The translations under genes were made by a program, and so were the position numbers. A stretch of 64,000 bases of DNA from an uncultured Acidimicrobiia bacterium. Its GTDB lineage: Bacteria > Actinomycetota > Acidimicrobiia > Spongiisociales > JAOTWH01. The notes beneath the pieces are model-generated. The model was not told the origin of the DNA. It saw only the letters and a list, made by a program, of their open reading frames with translations, and did no database searches. The stretch covers positions 33,861 through 97,860 of the forward strand of contig CAXMQS010000030.1 in NCBI GenBank assembly GCA_964195995.1. Reading direction: 5' to 3'. Of this stretch, positions 22,710-32,962 are shown in pieces (position 1 is the first letter of the stretch; each line of letters opens with the position of its first letter).

Positions 22710-23867
22710 TTGGACCTTTACGAGTACCAGGGCAAGTCGCTTTTCGCCCGCGTTGGCATGCCCGTTCCTGAGGGACGGTTGGCCCACACCGTGGCCGAAG
22801 CCAAAGCTGCCGCCCAGGAGTTGGGCGGACCGGTCGTCATCAAGGCGCAGGTGCAGGTTGGGGGTCGGGGGAAGGCCGGCGGCATCAAGTTGGCAGCGGA
22901 TCACGACGAGGCGGCGAGCCACGCAGGGGACATCCTCGGCATGGACATCAAAGGCCACACCGTCCATCGGGTGTGGGTGGAGAGGGCCTCCGACATCAAG
23001 CATGAGTACTACGCCTCGTTCACTCTTGACAGAGGGGCCAAGAAGCATCTCGCCATGGTCAGCGCGCAGGGCGGAGTGGACATCGAGGGCGTCGCCGCCA
23101 CCGATCCCGAGGCGGTCGTCAAGGTTCACATCGATCCGGTCATGGGTCTGACCGACTGGCAGGCTCGGCAGCTCGTCTATCAGGCCAAGCTCGACCCTGC
23201 CATCGCCAGGCCGGCGGCGGCGGCGCTGCGGAAGCTCTACCGAGCGTTCGTTGATCTGGACTGCGATCTCGTCGAGGTCAACCCACTGATCGTCACCGAC
23301 GACGATCAGGTGGTGGCCCTGGATGCCAAGGTGACGATCGATTCCAATGCCCTCTACCGACATCCGGACTTCGCCGAATTCAGCGAGACCTTTGTCGTTG
23401 ATCCCATCGAGAAGCTGGCCACGGACCGCGGCCTCAACTTCATCAAGCTCGATGGGTCCGTCGGCATTATGGCCAACGGTGCCGGTTTGGCCATGGCGAC
23501 CCTCGATGTCGTCGATCTTGTTGGCGGTGCCGCAGCCAACTTCCTCGATGTCGGAGGTTCGGCAGATGCAGACACCGTTACCGATGCCCTCGAGGTTCTC
23601 ACCCAGGACGAGAACGTCGCCGCCGTCCTCATCAATATCTTCGGCGGCATCGTGCGGTGCGATCTCGTCGCCGAGGGCATCGTTGAAGCAATGGCCCGGA
23701 TGGAGCTGCCGTGGCCTTTGGTCGTCCGCCTCGACGGGACGAACGCCGCCGAGGCCAGGGCGATTCTCGACGACAAGGCGGCGGGCAAGATCATCCCTGC
23801 GGCGACGATGCGCGAGGGCGCCGAGAAGGCCGTTGCGTTGGCGGGGCCGAAGGTTGGAGCTCCCTAA
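22710..23867 (+). CDS. sucC: Succinyl-CoA synthetase beta subunit
   Basis: [32 protein letters not shown]. Confidence 0.97.
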   Translation: MDLYEYQGKSLFARVGMPVPEGRLAHTVAEAKAAAQELGGPVVIKAQVQVGGRGKAGGIKLAADHDEAASHAGDILGMDIKGHTVHRVWVERASDIKHEYYASFTLDRGAKKHLAMVSAQGGVDIEGVAATDPEAVVKVHIDPVMGLTDWQARQLVYQAKLDPAIARPAAAALRKLYRAFVDLDCDLVEVNPLIVTDDDQVVALDAKVTIDSNALYRHPDFAEFSETFVVDPIEKLATDRGLNFIKLDGSVGIMANGAGLAMATLDVVDLVGGAAANFLDVGGSADADTVTDALEVLTQDENVAAVLINIFGGIVRCDLVAEGIVEAMARMELPWPLVVRLDGTNAAEARAILDDKAAGKIIPAATMREGAEKAVALAGPKVGAP

Positions 23868-24736
23868 TGGCCATCCTCGTCACAGAAGACACCAGGCTCG
23901 TCGTGCAGGGGCTCACCGGCCGAGAAGGACAGTTCCACGCTCTGCGCAACCGAGATTACGGGACCAACATCGTTGCCGGGGTCACACCGGGCAAGGGCGG
24001 CACCAGCGTTGAGGGGATTCCGGTTTTCGATACCGTTGCTGCCGCTGTCGACACCACCGCAGCCAACACGGCCATGACGTTCGTGCCTCCCGCTTTCGCC
24101 GCGGACGCCATCCTCGAGGCCGCCGCCGCTGATGTCGGCGTGATCGTGTGCATCACCGAAGGCATCCCGGCCCATGACGAAGCAAGGGTCTACAACTACC
24201 TCGAGCAGACGGCGAACGTTCGCCTCATCGGTCCCAACTGCCCCGGCGTCCTATCGCCGGGCAAGGCCAATGTCGGGATCATGCCGCCGAACATCGCGAT
24301 GCCGGGCTCTGTTGGGGTGGTGTCGCGCTCCGGCACGCTGACCTACCAAGCAGTACACGAGTTGACGACGCGCCACATCGGCCAGTCGTCCTGCGTCGGC
24401 ATCGGCGGCGACCCGGTGCCGGGGTCATCGTTCGTTGACATCCTCGAGTTGTTCCAGGCGGATCCCGAGACGAAGGCGATTGCCATGATCGGCGAGATCG
24501 GTGGCGACGCCGAGGAGACGGCTGCGGCGTACATCGCGGAGCATGTCACCAAGCCCGTCATCGGATACATAGCAGGCTTCACAGCGCCTCCTGGCAAGAA
24601 GATGGGTCACGCCGGCGCCATCATCTCGGGTTCCCAGGGCACCGCCGTTGCTAAGAAGGACGCTCTGGAAGCGGTGGGAGTCCGCGTTGCCACCTATCCC
24701 GAGGAGATCGGTGAATTCGTAGCCGAGGCGCTCTGA
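23867..24736 (+). CDS. sucD: Succinyl-CoA synthetase alpha subunit
   Basis: [28 protein letters not shown]; ATG at 23867. Confidence 0.97.
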   Translation: MAILVTEDTRLVVQGLTGREGQFHALRNRDYGTNIVAGVTPGKGGTSVEGIPVFDTVAAAVDTTAANTAMTFVPPAFAADAILEAAAADVGVIVCITEGIPAHDEARVYNYLEQTANVRLIGPNCPGVLSPGKANVGIMPPNIAMPGSVGVVSRSGTLTYQAVHELTTRHIGQSSCVGIGGDPVPGSSFVDILELFQADPETKAIAMIGEIGGDAEETAAAYIAEHVTKPVIGYIAGFTAPPGKKMGHAGAIISGSQGTAVAKKDALEAVGVRVATYPEEIGEFVAEAL

Positions 24737-24761
24737 CTGGGTCGCACCTTCGGGGCCAGGC

Positions 24762-25376
24762 ATGACGGAACTGATCACTGCCTTCACCTTCGGGCTCGGG
24801 GCGGGTCTTGCGCCCGGCCCTCTACAGGCGATCGTGATCACCTCGACCCTGCAGCGCGGCTTCGGGGCCGGGTGGCGGGTGGCGATGGGCCCCCTCATCA
24901 CCGACGCTCCGATTATCGCTCTCAGCATCGCCGTCCTGTCGACGTTGCCCGGTGGCGCTCTCGATGGCATGGCGATCGCAGGCGGGGCAGTGCTCATCGC
25001 TCTTGGTGTGTGGAGTGTTCGCACAGAGAGGGCGGATGCCTCGGAGCACGAGACAGCGGCGGGTCGCGCTGATCTCTGGCGCGGGGCGGCTGTCAATCTG
25101 TTGAACCCGCACCCGTGGATATTTTGGCTGGGTGCCGGCGCCCCCCTCGTCCTCAGCGCCTGGCGTCGGTCACCGGCGTTGGCCGTCGGAGTGCTCGTCG
25201 TGTTCTACGGGCTGTTGGTTGGTTTGAAGGTGGGGACAGCCTGGCTCGTTGCTGGCGCTAGGCGCCGGTTGAGCCCCATGTGGCGGACGCGCCTGGTGTG
25301 GCTAGGTGGGCTACTGCTGGCGGCGGGGGGAGTGCTCGTTGCCTGGCAAGGCATAACCGGTCGTTTCAGCGGATAG
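24762..25376 (+). CDS. LysE/RhtB family exporter
   Basis: APGP, NLLNPHPWIFW, hydrophobic helices. Confidence 0.85.
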   Translation: MTELITAFTFGLGAGLAPGPLQAIVITSTLQRGFGAGWRVAMGPLITDAPIIALSIAVLSTLPGGALDGMAIAGGAVLIALGVWSVRTERADASEHETAAGRADLWRGAAVNLLNPHPWIFWLGAGAPLVLSAWRRSPALAVGVLVVFYGLLVGLKVGTAWLVAGARRRLSPMWRTRLVWLGGLLLAAGGVLVAWQGITGRFSG

Positions 25377-25514
25377 GAGCATGCTGACCAATGACTTTTG
25401 CTACGAGCCGTCGCCTCGTCGACGAGATTGCTATCGGTCGCCGACTCGCGGGTGAATTGCTCAGCACGCTCCTTAGGCGGCCGGAGGGCCGATAGCCGCT
25501 CCTAGTCTCGCTGG

Positions 25515-26360
25515 GTGAGTGCTATCCCCCTCAAAGGCAAGCCCGTAGCCGCCAAATTGCGCGCTGAGGTGGCAGAACGAGTCGCCGAACTCGGGCGTCC
25601 GGTGGGTCTAGCCACCCTGCTCGTCGGTGATGACGAGGCGTCGCAGGTCTATGTGGGAGGTAAGCACAAGGCAGCGGTAGCGACGGGTCTTGTATCAGTG
25701 GATGAGCGGCTGCCTGCCAGCGCCACCCAGGAGGAAGTCTTGGCGGCCGTGGGGCGGCTCAATGCCGACGACTCCGTAGACGGCATGATCGTGCAGCTCC
25801 CGCTTCCCGATGGCCTCGATGGGGAGGCTGCGGTCGAGGCGATCGACCCGCGCAAGGATGCCGATGGGCTCCATCCGCGCAGCCTCGGCCGGCTCCTGCT
25901 GGGCCAACCGGGTCCGGTGCCGGCAACTCCACAGGGCATCATGGAGATGCTTTCTTTCTATGACATCGAGACCGCCGGCAGGACCGCCGTTGTTGTTGGG
26001 AGGTCGTTCCTCGTCGGCAAACCGATGGCGCTGCTGCTCGGTGCCAAAGGTGTCGACGCCACGGCCACAGTCGCGCATTCGCGTACACCCGAGTTGGCGG
26101 CCCTGTGCCGGACCGCCGACATCCTCGTCGCCGCCATCGGTCGACCTGAGATGATCACCGCCGAGTTCGTGAAGCCGGGAGCTGCGGTCATCGATGTCGG
26201 CATCAACCGCACCGACGATGGCCTCGTCGGCGACGTTGCCTATGACGAGGTGTCTGCGGCAGCCGGGGCAGTGTCGCCCGTTCCCGGCGGAGTCGGTCCC
26301 CTCACCATCGCCTGCTTGCTACGGAACACCGTGATGCTCGCCGAGATGTCTGCCCGATAA
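25515..26360 (+). CDS. folD: Methylenetetrahydrofolate dehydrogenase/cyclohydrolase
   Basis: [36 protein letters not shown]. Confidence 0.96.
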   Translation: MSAIPLKGKPVAAKLRAEVAERVAELGRPVGLATLLVGDDEASQVYVGGKHKAAVATGLVSVDERLPASATQEEVLAAVGRLNADDSVDGMIVQLPLPDGLDGEAAVEAIDPRKDADGLHPRSLGRLLLGQPGPVPATPQGIMEMLSFYDIETAGRTAVVVGRSFLVGKPMALLLGAKGVDATATVAHSRTPELAALCRTADILVAAIGRPEMITAEFVKPGAAVIDVGINRTDDGLVGDVAYDEVSAAAGAVSPVPGGVGPLTIACLLRNTVMLAEMSAR

Positions 26361-26392
26361 CCTCGGGCTCCCAGACCGAAAGAGTTCGAAGC

Positions 26393-27598
26393 GTGGCAAC
26401 CCCCATCACCAAGGCCGACGACGGCCTCAACGTTCCCAACGATCCCATCATCCCCTACATCGAGGGCGACGGCATTGGTCCCGACATCTGGGCCGCGGCA
26501 CAGCACGTCTTCGACAGCGCAGTGGCCAAGGCCTATGGGGGAGAGCGTTCGATCGCCTGGGAAGAGGTGCTGGCCGGCCAGAAGGCATTCGACGCCACCG
26601 GAGAGTGGCTTCCCGCCGAGACTCTCGCCAGGTTCCGAGAGCTGCTTGTGGGTATCAAGGGACCGCTGACCACTCCGGTCGGCGGCGGCATCCGTTCACT
26701 GAATGTGGCGATTCGCCAAGAGCTCGATCTCTATGTCTGCCTGCGCCCCGTCCGCTGGTTCAAGGGTGTTCCTTCGCCGGTCAAGCATCCCGAGAAGGTG
26801 GACATGGTCGTGTTCCGTGAGAACACCGAGGATGTCTACGCCGGAAAGGAGCTCGAGGAGGGCTCGCCGGAGGCTGCCAAGCTCATGGCGTTCCTGCACG
26901 ATGAGTTCGGGTGGGACATCAAGCCAGACAGCGGGCTCGGCCTCAAGCCGATATCGGAATCGGGCTCTAAGCGCCTGGCGCGGGCCGCCATCAAGTACGC
27001 CCTGGACAACGGTCGCCGCTCGCTGACTCTGGTGCACAAGGGCAACATCATGAAGTTCACCGAAGGTGCCTTCCGCAGCTGGGGTTACGAGCTGGTCAAG
27101 GACGAGTTCTCCGACGTCGCCGTTTCCTGGGAGGATTCGGGAGGCGACGCTGGCGACAAGCTGCTTGTCAAGGACGTCATCGCCGATGCCTTCCTGCAGC
27201 AGATCCTCACCCGGGCCGACGAGTACGACGTCATCGCCACGATGAACCTCAACGGTGACTACATCTCAGACGCGCTTGCTGCCGAAGTCGGAGGGATCGG
27301 CATCGCTCCCGGCGGCAACATCAACTATGAAACCGGACACGCCATTTTCGAAGCAACGCACGGCACGGCCCCCAAGTACGCCGGCATGGACAAGGTGAAC
27401 CCGGGATCGTTGATCCTGAGCGGCGAGCTGATGTTCCGCCACCTCGGCTGGACCGAGGCCGCCGACCTGATCATCGACTCCCTGGAGGCGACGATCGCCG
27501 ATGGCGTCGTCACCTACGATTTCGCCCGCCTCATGGACCAGGCCACCGAAGTGAAGACCTCCGAGTTCGCGGCGGCGATGGTCAACAACATGGCGTGA
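26393..27598 (+). CDS. icd: Isocitrate dehydrogenase (dimeric, NADP type)
   Basis: [52 protein letters not shown]. Confidence 0.97.
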   Translation: MATPITKADDGLNVPNDPIIPYIEGDGIGPDIWAAAQHVFDSAVAKAYGGERSIAWEEVLAGQKAFDATGEWLPAETLARFRELLVGIKGPLTTPVGGGIRSLNVAIRQELDLYVCLRPVRWFKGVPSPVKHPEKVDMVVFRENTEDVYAGKELEEGSPEAAKLMAFLHDEFGWDIKPDSGLGLKPISESGSKRLARAAIKYALDNGRRSLTLVHKGNIMKFTEGAFRSWGYELVKDEFSDVAVSWEDSGGDAGDKLLVKDVIADAFLQQILTRADEYDVIATMNLNGDYISDALAAEVGGIGIAPGGNINYETGHAIFEATHGTAPKYAGMDKVNPGSLILSGELMFRHLGWTEAADLIIDSLEATIADGVVTYDFARLMDQATEVKTSEFAAAMVNNMA

Positions 27599-27699
27599 GG
27601 CCAAAGGCCTCACTCATTGAAGGCGAGGTCGAGCCCGAGTAGGGCTCGAAACGAGCCGCCTCCCGCGGCAGGCGGGTGCCGTCTTGTCTTACCCTCCTG

Positions 27700-27748
27700 G
27701 CCCAAAGCCCAAAGCCCAAAGCCCAAAGCCCAAAGCCCAAAGCCCAAA
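27700..27748. repeat. Perfect heptamer tandem repeat (GCCCAAA)x7
   Basis: Read directly; intergenic between icd and a convergent lipoprotein gene. Confidence 0.95.
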
Positions 27749-27756
27749 GCTGTTCT

Positions 27757-28851
27757 TTAGCTCCACACGTCGACGTAGGTCAGCACCGCCCCCGGAGGAG
27801 GACTGGTGAAAGCGGTGGCTGCGCGGAAGTCCCACAGCTCCACCCACAGCAGCGAGCCTCCGGGGCGCACCATGCGCCCGCCGATGCGGGGGACTCGGTC
27901 ATCGGCGATCGCTTCCAGCACGCCGGCCATCCCCCTCGCCCGTAGCTCAGTGGCGATCTTGTCTGCGAGTTGCTGGGTGGTCGATCCCTCGTCGACCAGC
28001 AACAGGTAGACCGGTTCGACCCGAGCACCACCCAGAGAGCTCACACCTTGTTCGTCGTAGATGGGATCTGCGCTGCGGATGACGCTGGCGCCCGGCGGTC
28101 GCCACGGTTTGCCGCGGGCCATCTCGCCGACCGAAACGCCGGTCCACTTCTCAACCCACCGCACCCGATCGTCGGATAGCTCGTTGGCACGCCCTGTCGC
28201 CACGAGTGCAACGGCCTCCGCCATGTCCTCGGAGGGTCCGGTCGCACCGTAGATCGTTGTGCCGGTGGCGGCGGATGTGCTGAACCACCCTGCGGCACCC
28301 CGATCCTGCCACCCGATCACATCCACGAAGTCGGCAACATCGAGGCTGGCCCGGTTGGGGTCAAGCGAGTCGACCTCCCCTGCAAGCACCTGATCGACGA
28401 GGTCGGGATCAAGCGCATTGAATTGGGCAACGTGGGCCAGCTCATGGGCCAGCGTGTAGGCAAGATCGAGTCGCGACGTGCCATCGAAGGTCCGATTGAT
28501 CAGGAAGATGTCCGGACCCCGACTGAAGGCAAGGGTCGCTGGGTCAAGGGTTTCGGTGTCGGTGGCACGGACAAGATTGCGCACATCAGCCTTCCGCTTG
28601 ATGGGGTCCGGCACCTGGCCGAGAGCGGCGGAGATCAGAGATAGCTCGGCGGGCTTGGCAGATGAGGTCACGCCCAGCAAGGTCTCCCCAGCTACTTCAC
28701 GCTGCCAGACGACACCCTCGGCCTCGGGAACGCCGAGGCGGGCTTCAACCCCGGCACCTGTAACTTCTTGCTCGGTCCCACCGAGTGTGCAGGCGCCGAG
28801 GGCGCCAACGAACAACAATGGCACTAGCGGGAGGCGGCGCAACACGACCAT
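27757..28851 (-). CDS. Putative lipoprotein zinc metallopeptidase
   Basis: Lipobox LGAC; HELAH plus downstream EDMAE. Confidence 0.65.
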   Translation of the reverse strand: MVVLRRLPLVPLLFVGALGACTLGGTEQEVTGAGVEARLGVPEAEGVVWQREVAGETLLGVTSSAKPAELSLISAALGQVPDPIKRKADVRNLVRATDTETLDPATLAFSRGPDIFLINRTFDGTSRLDLAYTLAHELAHVAQFNALDPDLVDQVLAGEVDSLDPNRASLDVADFVDVIGWQDRGAAGWFSTSAATGTTIYGATGPSEDMAEAVALVATGRANELSDDRVRWVEKWTGVSVGEMARGKPWRPPGASVIRSADPIYDEQGVSSLGGARVEPVYLLLVDEGSTTQQLADKIATELRARGMAGVLEAIADDRVPRIGGRMVRPGGSLLWVELWDFRAATAFTSPPPGAVLTYVDVWS

Positions 28852-28917
28852 GTTGTACCACCGGTCCCGGCGCTTCCGCTGCCTTGTAGCCTGGCAGCAG
28901 AGAGAGAAAGGCTGCTG

Positions 28918-29856
28918 ATGTCAAAGATCACCGTGGTGGGCGCAGGTAAGTACGGCTCGACGACGGCCAAGTTGATCGCCACCTCCGGCGTCGCCGACGA
29001 AGTTGTCATGACCGACATCGTCGAGGGGCTCCCGCAAGGTCTGGCGTTGGACATGAACCAATCGCGACCGATCGAGGGCTATCGCTCCATCGTTGCAGGC
29101 ACTAACGACTATGCCGACACCGCAGGCAGCGATGTCGTGATCGTCACGGCCGGCCTCCCGCGGAAGCCTGGCATGAGCAGGATGGATCTTCTAGGCGTGA
29201 ACGCCAAGATCGTTTCCGAGGTGACGACCCAGGTCGCGGCTGCTTCGCCTGGCGCCGTGATCATCATCGTCACCAATCCGCTGGATCAGATGACGACGCT
29301 GGCTGCGGAGGTGTCCGGCTTTCCCAAGGCAAGGGTCATGGGCCAAGCAGGCATCCTGGATAGCGCTCGGTTCGCACACTTCATAGCAGAGGCGACCGGA
29401 GCCGACATCCTCGACGTGACCGCCGTCACGATGGGGAGCCACGGAGAGACCATGGTGCCGGTTCCGTCGCAGTGCAAAGTTGGCGAGGCACCACTTACGG
29501 AGGTGCTCTCAGCTGCCGACATCGACTCGCTTGTCGAACGAACCCGCAGCGGGGGAGCGGAGATCGTTGGTTTGCTGAAGACGGGCAGCGCCTACTACGC
29601 ACCAGCCGCCGCGGCTGCCAAGATGGCCACGGCGGTGATGACGGGAGCGGGCGAAACGATGCCGGTGTGTGCCTGGCTGAGCGGTGAGTATGGAATCTCG
29701 GATGTCTACCTAGGGGTGCCGGCAACGCTCGACAAGGGAGGGGTCGGCAAGATCGAGATCCTTGACCTCACAGACCAGGAGGCATCGGAGTTGGCGGCCG
29801 CCGCGGAGGCAGTTGCTGCCAAGGTTGCCGAGTTCAACGAGATGGAGCAGAGCTAG
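28918..29856 (+). CDS. mdh: Malate dehydrogenase (LDH-like)
   Basis: VGAGKYG, AGLPRKPGMSRMDL, TNPLD, LDSARF, GSHG. Confidence 0.95.
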   Translation: MSKITVVGAGKYGSTTAKLIATSGVADEVVMTDIVEGLPQGLALDMNQSRPIEGYRSIVAGTNDYADTAGSDVVIVTAGLPRKPGMSRMDLLGVNAKIVSEVTTQVAAASPGAVIIIVTNPLDQMTTLAAEVSGFPKARVMGQAGILDSARFAHFIAEATGADILDVTAVTMGSHGETMVPVPSQCKVGEAPLTEVLSAADIDSLVERTRSGGAEIVGLLKTGSAYYAPAAAAAKMATAVMTGAGETMPVCAWLSGEYGISDVYLGVPATLDKGGVGKIEILDLTDQEASELAAAAEAVAAKVAEFNEMEQS

Positions 29857-30776
29857 CCCCCGGCAGGGGGAAGACCGGCCTCCAACAGGCGATTGGCCGC
29901 TGCGATCTCGGCGGCACTCTCTCGCGCCGCTTCCTGCTGCCTATGTGCTCGGGCGATCACCTGTAGCCGGTCTCGTTTGCGGGCCCACAGTCCCGTCGAA
30001 CCGAGGAAGACGAGCAGCATGCCAAAGAAGGCCAGCATGACGCCAGAGGTGATCTGCGTGTCGCGGTAGGTGCCGGAAACGCCTATCGCTTCCAGCTGCG
30101 ACTCGATCAGATGGGTGCGGGCACTGGTGCCGACTGTTGCGACGACGATCCAGCCCATGAGTGCGGTCGCCATGCTGATACGGGCGATGGCAAGTTCCCG
30201 TGGCTGCGCCGTGGCTGCAGATATGACGACGAGGCCCAAGAAGATGGCGACCACCACCGAGAGGTCGACCTCGGCGCTGTTAGGCACGACGAAGTTGGGC
30301 TTGGCGATGGCGAAGAAGCCGATGACGAACAGCACCACGAGCAGGCCGAGAGTCGCATAGCGACGCATCGCCTTGGGAATCCGTTCAGCGAGGCTGTTGA
30401 CGATGCTCCTCGCCAAGATGTAGGAGAGGATCGCGACGATCACCAAGGCGGCGAAGGTGGCGAGTTTCAGATCGATGGGTGGCGGATCAGGGAACTGAGC
30501 GATGAATACGGCGGCCAGCCAGATGCCGAAGCCGGCCATCATGTTGAACCGCGTCGATCCCCCAGAGGACGCCGCCAACAGGCTGATAACGATGGTGCCG
30601 ACGCCGATTGCCGCCACCACCTTGCCCTGGGTTAGGTCATATCCCCTGATCGACCACGGCTCGACGATGAAGCGATAGCTGGGAGCCATCCGCACGTATT
30701 CGAATGCCACCGAGGCGACGACGAGGACGCCACCGAGGAGGGCTACGTTGCGGACGAAGTTCTTCATGGTCGTCAC
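29853..30776 (-). CDS. Hypothetical multi-pass membrane protein
   Basis: 307-aa ORF with about 8 hydrophobic segments; no family recognised. Confidence 0.7.
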   Translation of the reverse strand: MTTMKNFVRNVALLGGVLVVASVAFEYVRMAPSYRFIVEPWSIRGYDLTQGKVVAAIGVGTIVISLLAASSGGSTRFNMMAGFGIWLAAVFIAQFPDPPPIDLKLATFAALVIVAILSYILARSIVNSLAERIPKAMRRYATLGLLVVLFVIGFFAIAKPNFVVPNSAEVDLSVVVAIFLGLVVISAATAQPRELAIARISMATALMGWIVVATVGTSARTHLIESQLEAIGVSGTYRDTQITSGVMLAFFGMLLVFLGSTGLWARKRDRLQVIARAHRQQEAARESAAEIAAANRLLEAGLPPAGG

Positions 30777-30813
30777 ACCCTAATCGTGATCCGCAATGCG
30801 GTCGATGGCCTGT

Positions 30814-31203
30814 TTAGTAGTCGACCTCGACGGTGGCGACCGCCTTGGCGAACTGGTTTATCTGGCCCTGATGCATCATGACCTTGGCCATGTTGCCGCC
30901 AACCTTGAGCTTGCCGGTCATGAAGGCCATCTGGGTGTTGAACTCGCCTTTTGAGATTTCCGAGGCGGTCTCGTACGAGTTCGTGATGGTGGCGTCGGCA
31001 TCCTCGTTATCGCCGAGGGCAAGGGCGGCCTGGCCGCCGGCTACGGACAAGGTGTATTTGACGTCATCCCCTTCGGCGACTTCTGTCACGTGGAACTGAA
31101 GCAGCAGGTCCGTATCGGTGACAGCCTCCCGAAAGGCCTCGTCGGCGTTGGCCGCCTCACCCATTGCAACCATCCACTCCTCGCTGAGGAACTTCACACC
31201 CAC
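30814..31203 (-). CDS. SCP2 sterol/lipid-binding domain protein
   Basis: FLSEEW, AFMTGKLKVGGNM; AAGGAG RBS before GTG at 31203. Confidence 0.88.
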   Translation of the reverse strand: MGVKFLSEEWMVAMGEAANADEAFREAVTDTDLLLQFHVTEVAEGDDVKYTLSVAGGQAALALGDNEDADATITNSYETASEISKGEFNTQMAFMTGKLKVGGNMAKVMMHQGQINQFAKAVATVEVDY

Positions 31204-31256
31204 TTGGGCTCCTTTTTCTTGGGGGAGGGCAAGGGTATCAGTGATACCTTGACCCA

Positions 31257-32138
31257 ATGAAGAAGCTGCCTCGCATGATGCCGGCGCTGGTGACGCCGTT
31301 CGACGAGCCTGGAGAGATCGACTTCGAGGCTCACGCCCACAACGTCGCGTTCCTCGAGAGCAAGGGAGTCGAGGGCCTTCTGCTGTGCGGCTCGACGGGA
31401 GAGGGCCCCTACATCGACCCCGGCGAGCGCCGCCAGCTCGTGGAGGCGACCCGTGAGCTGACCGATGATGCGTTCCTGCTGTGTGGCGTTGCCGCCCAAT
31501 CCGTGCGACAGGCGATGGCCCAGGTGGTGGAGGCTGCCGAGGGCGGTGCCGACGCAGCCCTGGTCATGACGCCGACCACCATGGCGCGCACGCGACCGGA
31601 TGCAGTTGCCACCTTCTACCGGACCCTCGAGGCAGCGGCTCCGCTCCCCCTATTGCTCTACTCGGTCCCGGCCGTGACGGCGTTCGAGCTCACCGTTGAG
31701 GATGCGGTGAGCCTGGCGGCTCGGCCGAACATCGTTGGGATGAAGGACTCAGGAGGCCAGCCCGTGCGCGTCCAACAGATCGTCGGGTCGTCTCCCGACT
31801 TTCACGTCTTTGCCGGAGCCTCCGCCGCCGTCTCCCTCTCCGTCGCTGCAGGTGGACATGGGGCCATCACTGCCAGCGCCAACTATGCGCCGACGCTGGT
31901 TCGCGAGGTTGTAGACGCCGCTCGCAAGGGGATCGACAAGGCAGCCGAGGCCCAGGAGCGGCTGGCCGGCCTGTCCCGTCTCGTCGACACCCGAGGCGTG
32001 CCGGGCGTCAAGCTCGCAGCCGAGATAGCCGGCCTGCGACCGGGCTTGCCGCGCCTCCCGTTGCAGCCACTGTCCTCTGACGAGGCCTCGACAGTGAGCC
32101 GCCAGCTGGAAGCCCTGAAGGGCCAACTACTCGGCTGA
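31257..32138 (+). CDS. DapA/NAL-family aldolase
   Basis: ALVTPF, GSTGE, LLYSVP, GMKDS (Schiff-base lysine); substrate uncertain. Confidence 0.88.
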   Translation: MKKLPRMMPALVTPFDEPGEIDFEAHAHNVAFLESKGVEGLLLCGSTGEGPYIDPGERRQLVEATRELTDDAFLLCGVAAQSVRQAMAQVVEAAEGGADAALVMTPTTMARTRPDAVATFYRTLEAAAPLPLLLYSVPAVTAFELTVEDAVSLAARPNIVGMKDSGGQPVRVQQIVGSSPDFHVFAGASAAVSLSVAAGGHGAITASANYAPTLVREVVDAARKGIDKAAEAQERLAGLSRLVDTRGVPGVKLAAEIAGLRPGLPRLPLQPLSSDEASTVSRQLEALKGQLLG

Positions 32139-32200
32139 GTCTTCTACTCCGCCGCGCCTAGAGCTCATGATTTACCGCCTAGAGCGTCAGACATGACTTG

Positions 32201-32962
32201 TCATCTCTGCCCGGCCAGTTTGCTGTTGAGCATCTTGGCCTTGAGGTAGTCGCGGTTGAGCTGGGCTATGAAGTCGATGCTGATGGATTTCGGGCAGGCC
32301 TTCTCGCACTCGCCGTGGTTGGTGCACGAGCCGAAGAACTCCTCCATGGTGTCGACCATGGCCTCGACTCTGGAGTAGCGCTCGGGCTGGCCCTGGGGCA
32401 GGAGACCGAGATGGGCGACTTTCGCCGCCGTGAATAGTTGAGCCGCCGAGTTGGGACAGGCCGCAACGCAGGCCCCGCAACCGATGCAGGCAGCAGCGTC
32501 CATCGCGGACTCGGCGGCGTCCCTGGGCACGGGAATGAGGTTGGCGTCCGGGGCCGAGCCCGTCGGAACCGTGATGAAGCCGCCGGCCTCGACGATGGTG
32601 TCAAAGGGAGAACGGTCGACGATCAAGTCCTTGATGACGGGGAATGCCCTGGCACGCCATGGCTCGATGACGATGGTGTCGCCATCGGAGAACTTGCGCA
32701 TGTGCAGCTGGCAGGTGGCGGTCCCGAGCTGGGGGCCGTGGGGCTGGCCGTTGATCATCACTCCGCACATTCCGCAGATGCCCTCTCGGCAGTCGTGGTC
32801 GAAAGCAATGGGCTCTGTGCCCGCAGCGTTCAGTTGCTCGTTGAGAGTGTCCAGCATTTCGAGGAAGGACATTTCGGGACTGATGTCGCTCACTCTGTAT
32901 TCGACCAACTCGCCATTGCTGCCGGAGTTCTGCTGTCGCCAGATCCGCAGCTTGAGGTTCAC
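32201..32962 (-). CDS. sdhB: Succinate dehydrogenase/fumarate reductase Fe-S subunit
   Basis: [32 protein letters not shown]; GTG at 32962. Confidence 0.95.
   Translation of the reverse strand: MNLKLRIWRQQNSGSNGELVEYRVSDISPEMSFLEMLDTLNEQLNAAGTEPIAFDHDCREGICGMCGVMINGQPHGPQLGTATCQLHMRKFSDGDTIVIEPWRARAFPVIKDLIVDRSPFDTIVEAGGFITVPTGSAPDANLIPVPRDAAESAMDAAACIGCGACVAACPNSAAQLFTAAKVAHLGLLPQGQPERYSRVEAMVDTMEEFFGSCTNHGECEKACPKSISIDFIAQLNRDYLKAKMLNSKLAGQR

Noticed and set aside
25377-25514. Possible ZTP or THF riboswitch upstream of folD
   Set aside because: I could not find the conserved GACUGGCG / GCCUGGG elements of ZTP; an Infernal/Rfam scan would settle it
27676-27945. ORF with AQSPKPK repeats
   Set aside because: Translation of the non-coding heptamer array, overlapping a real gene
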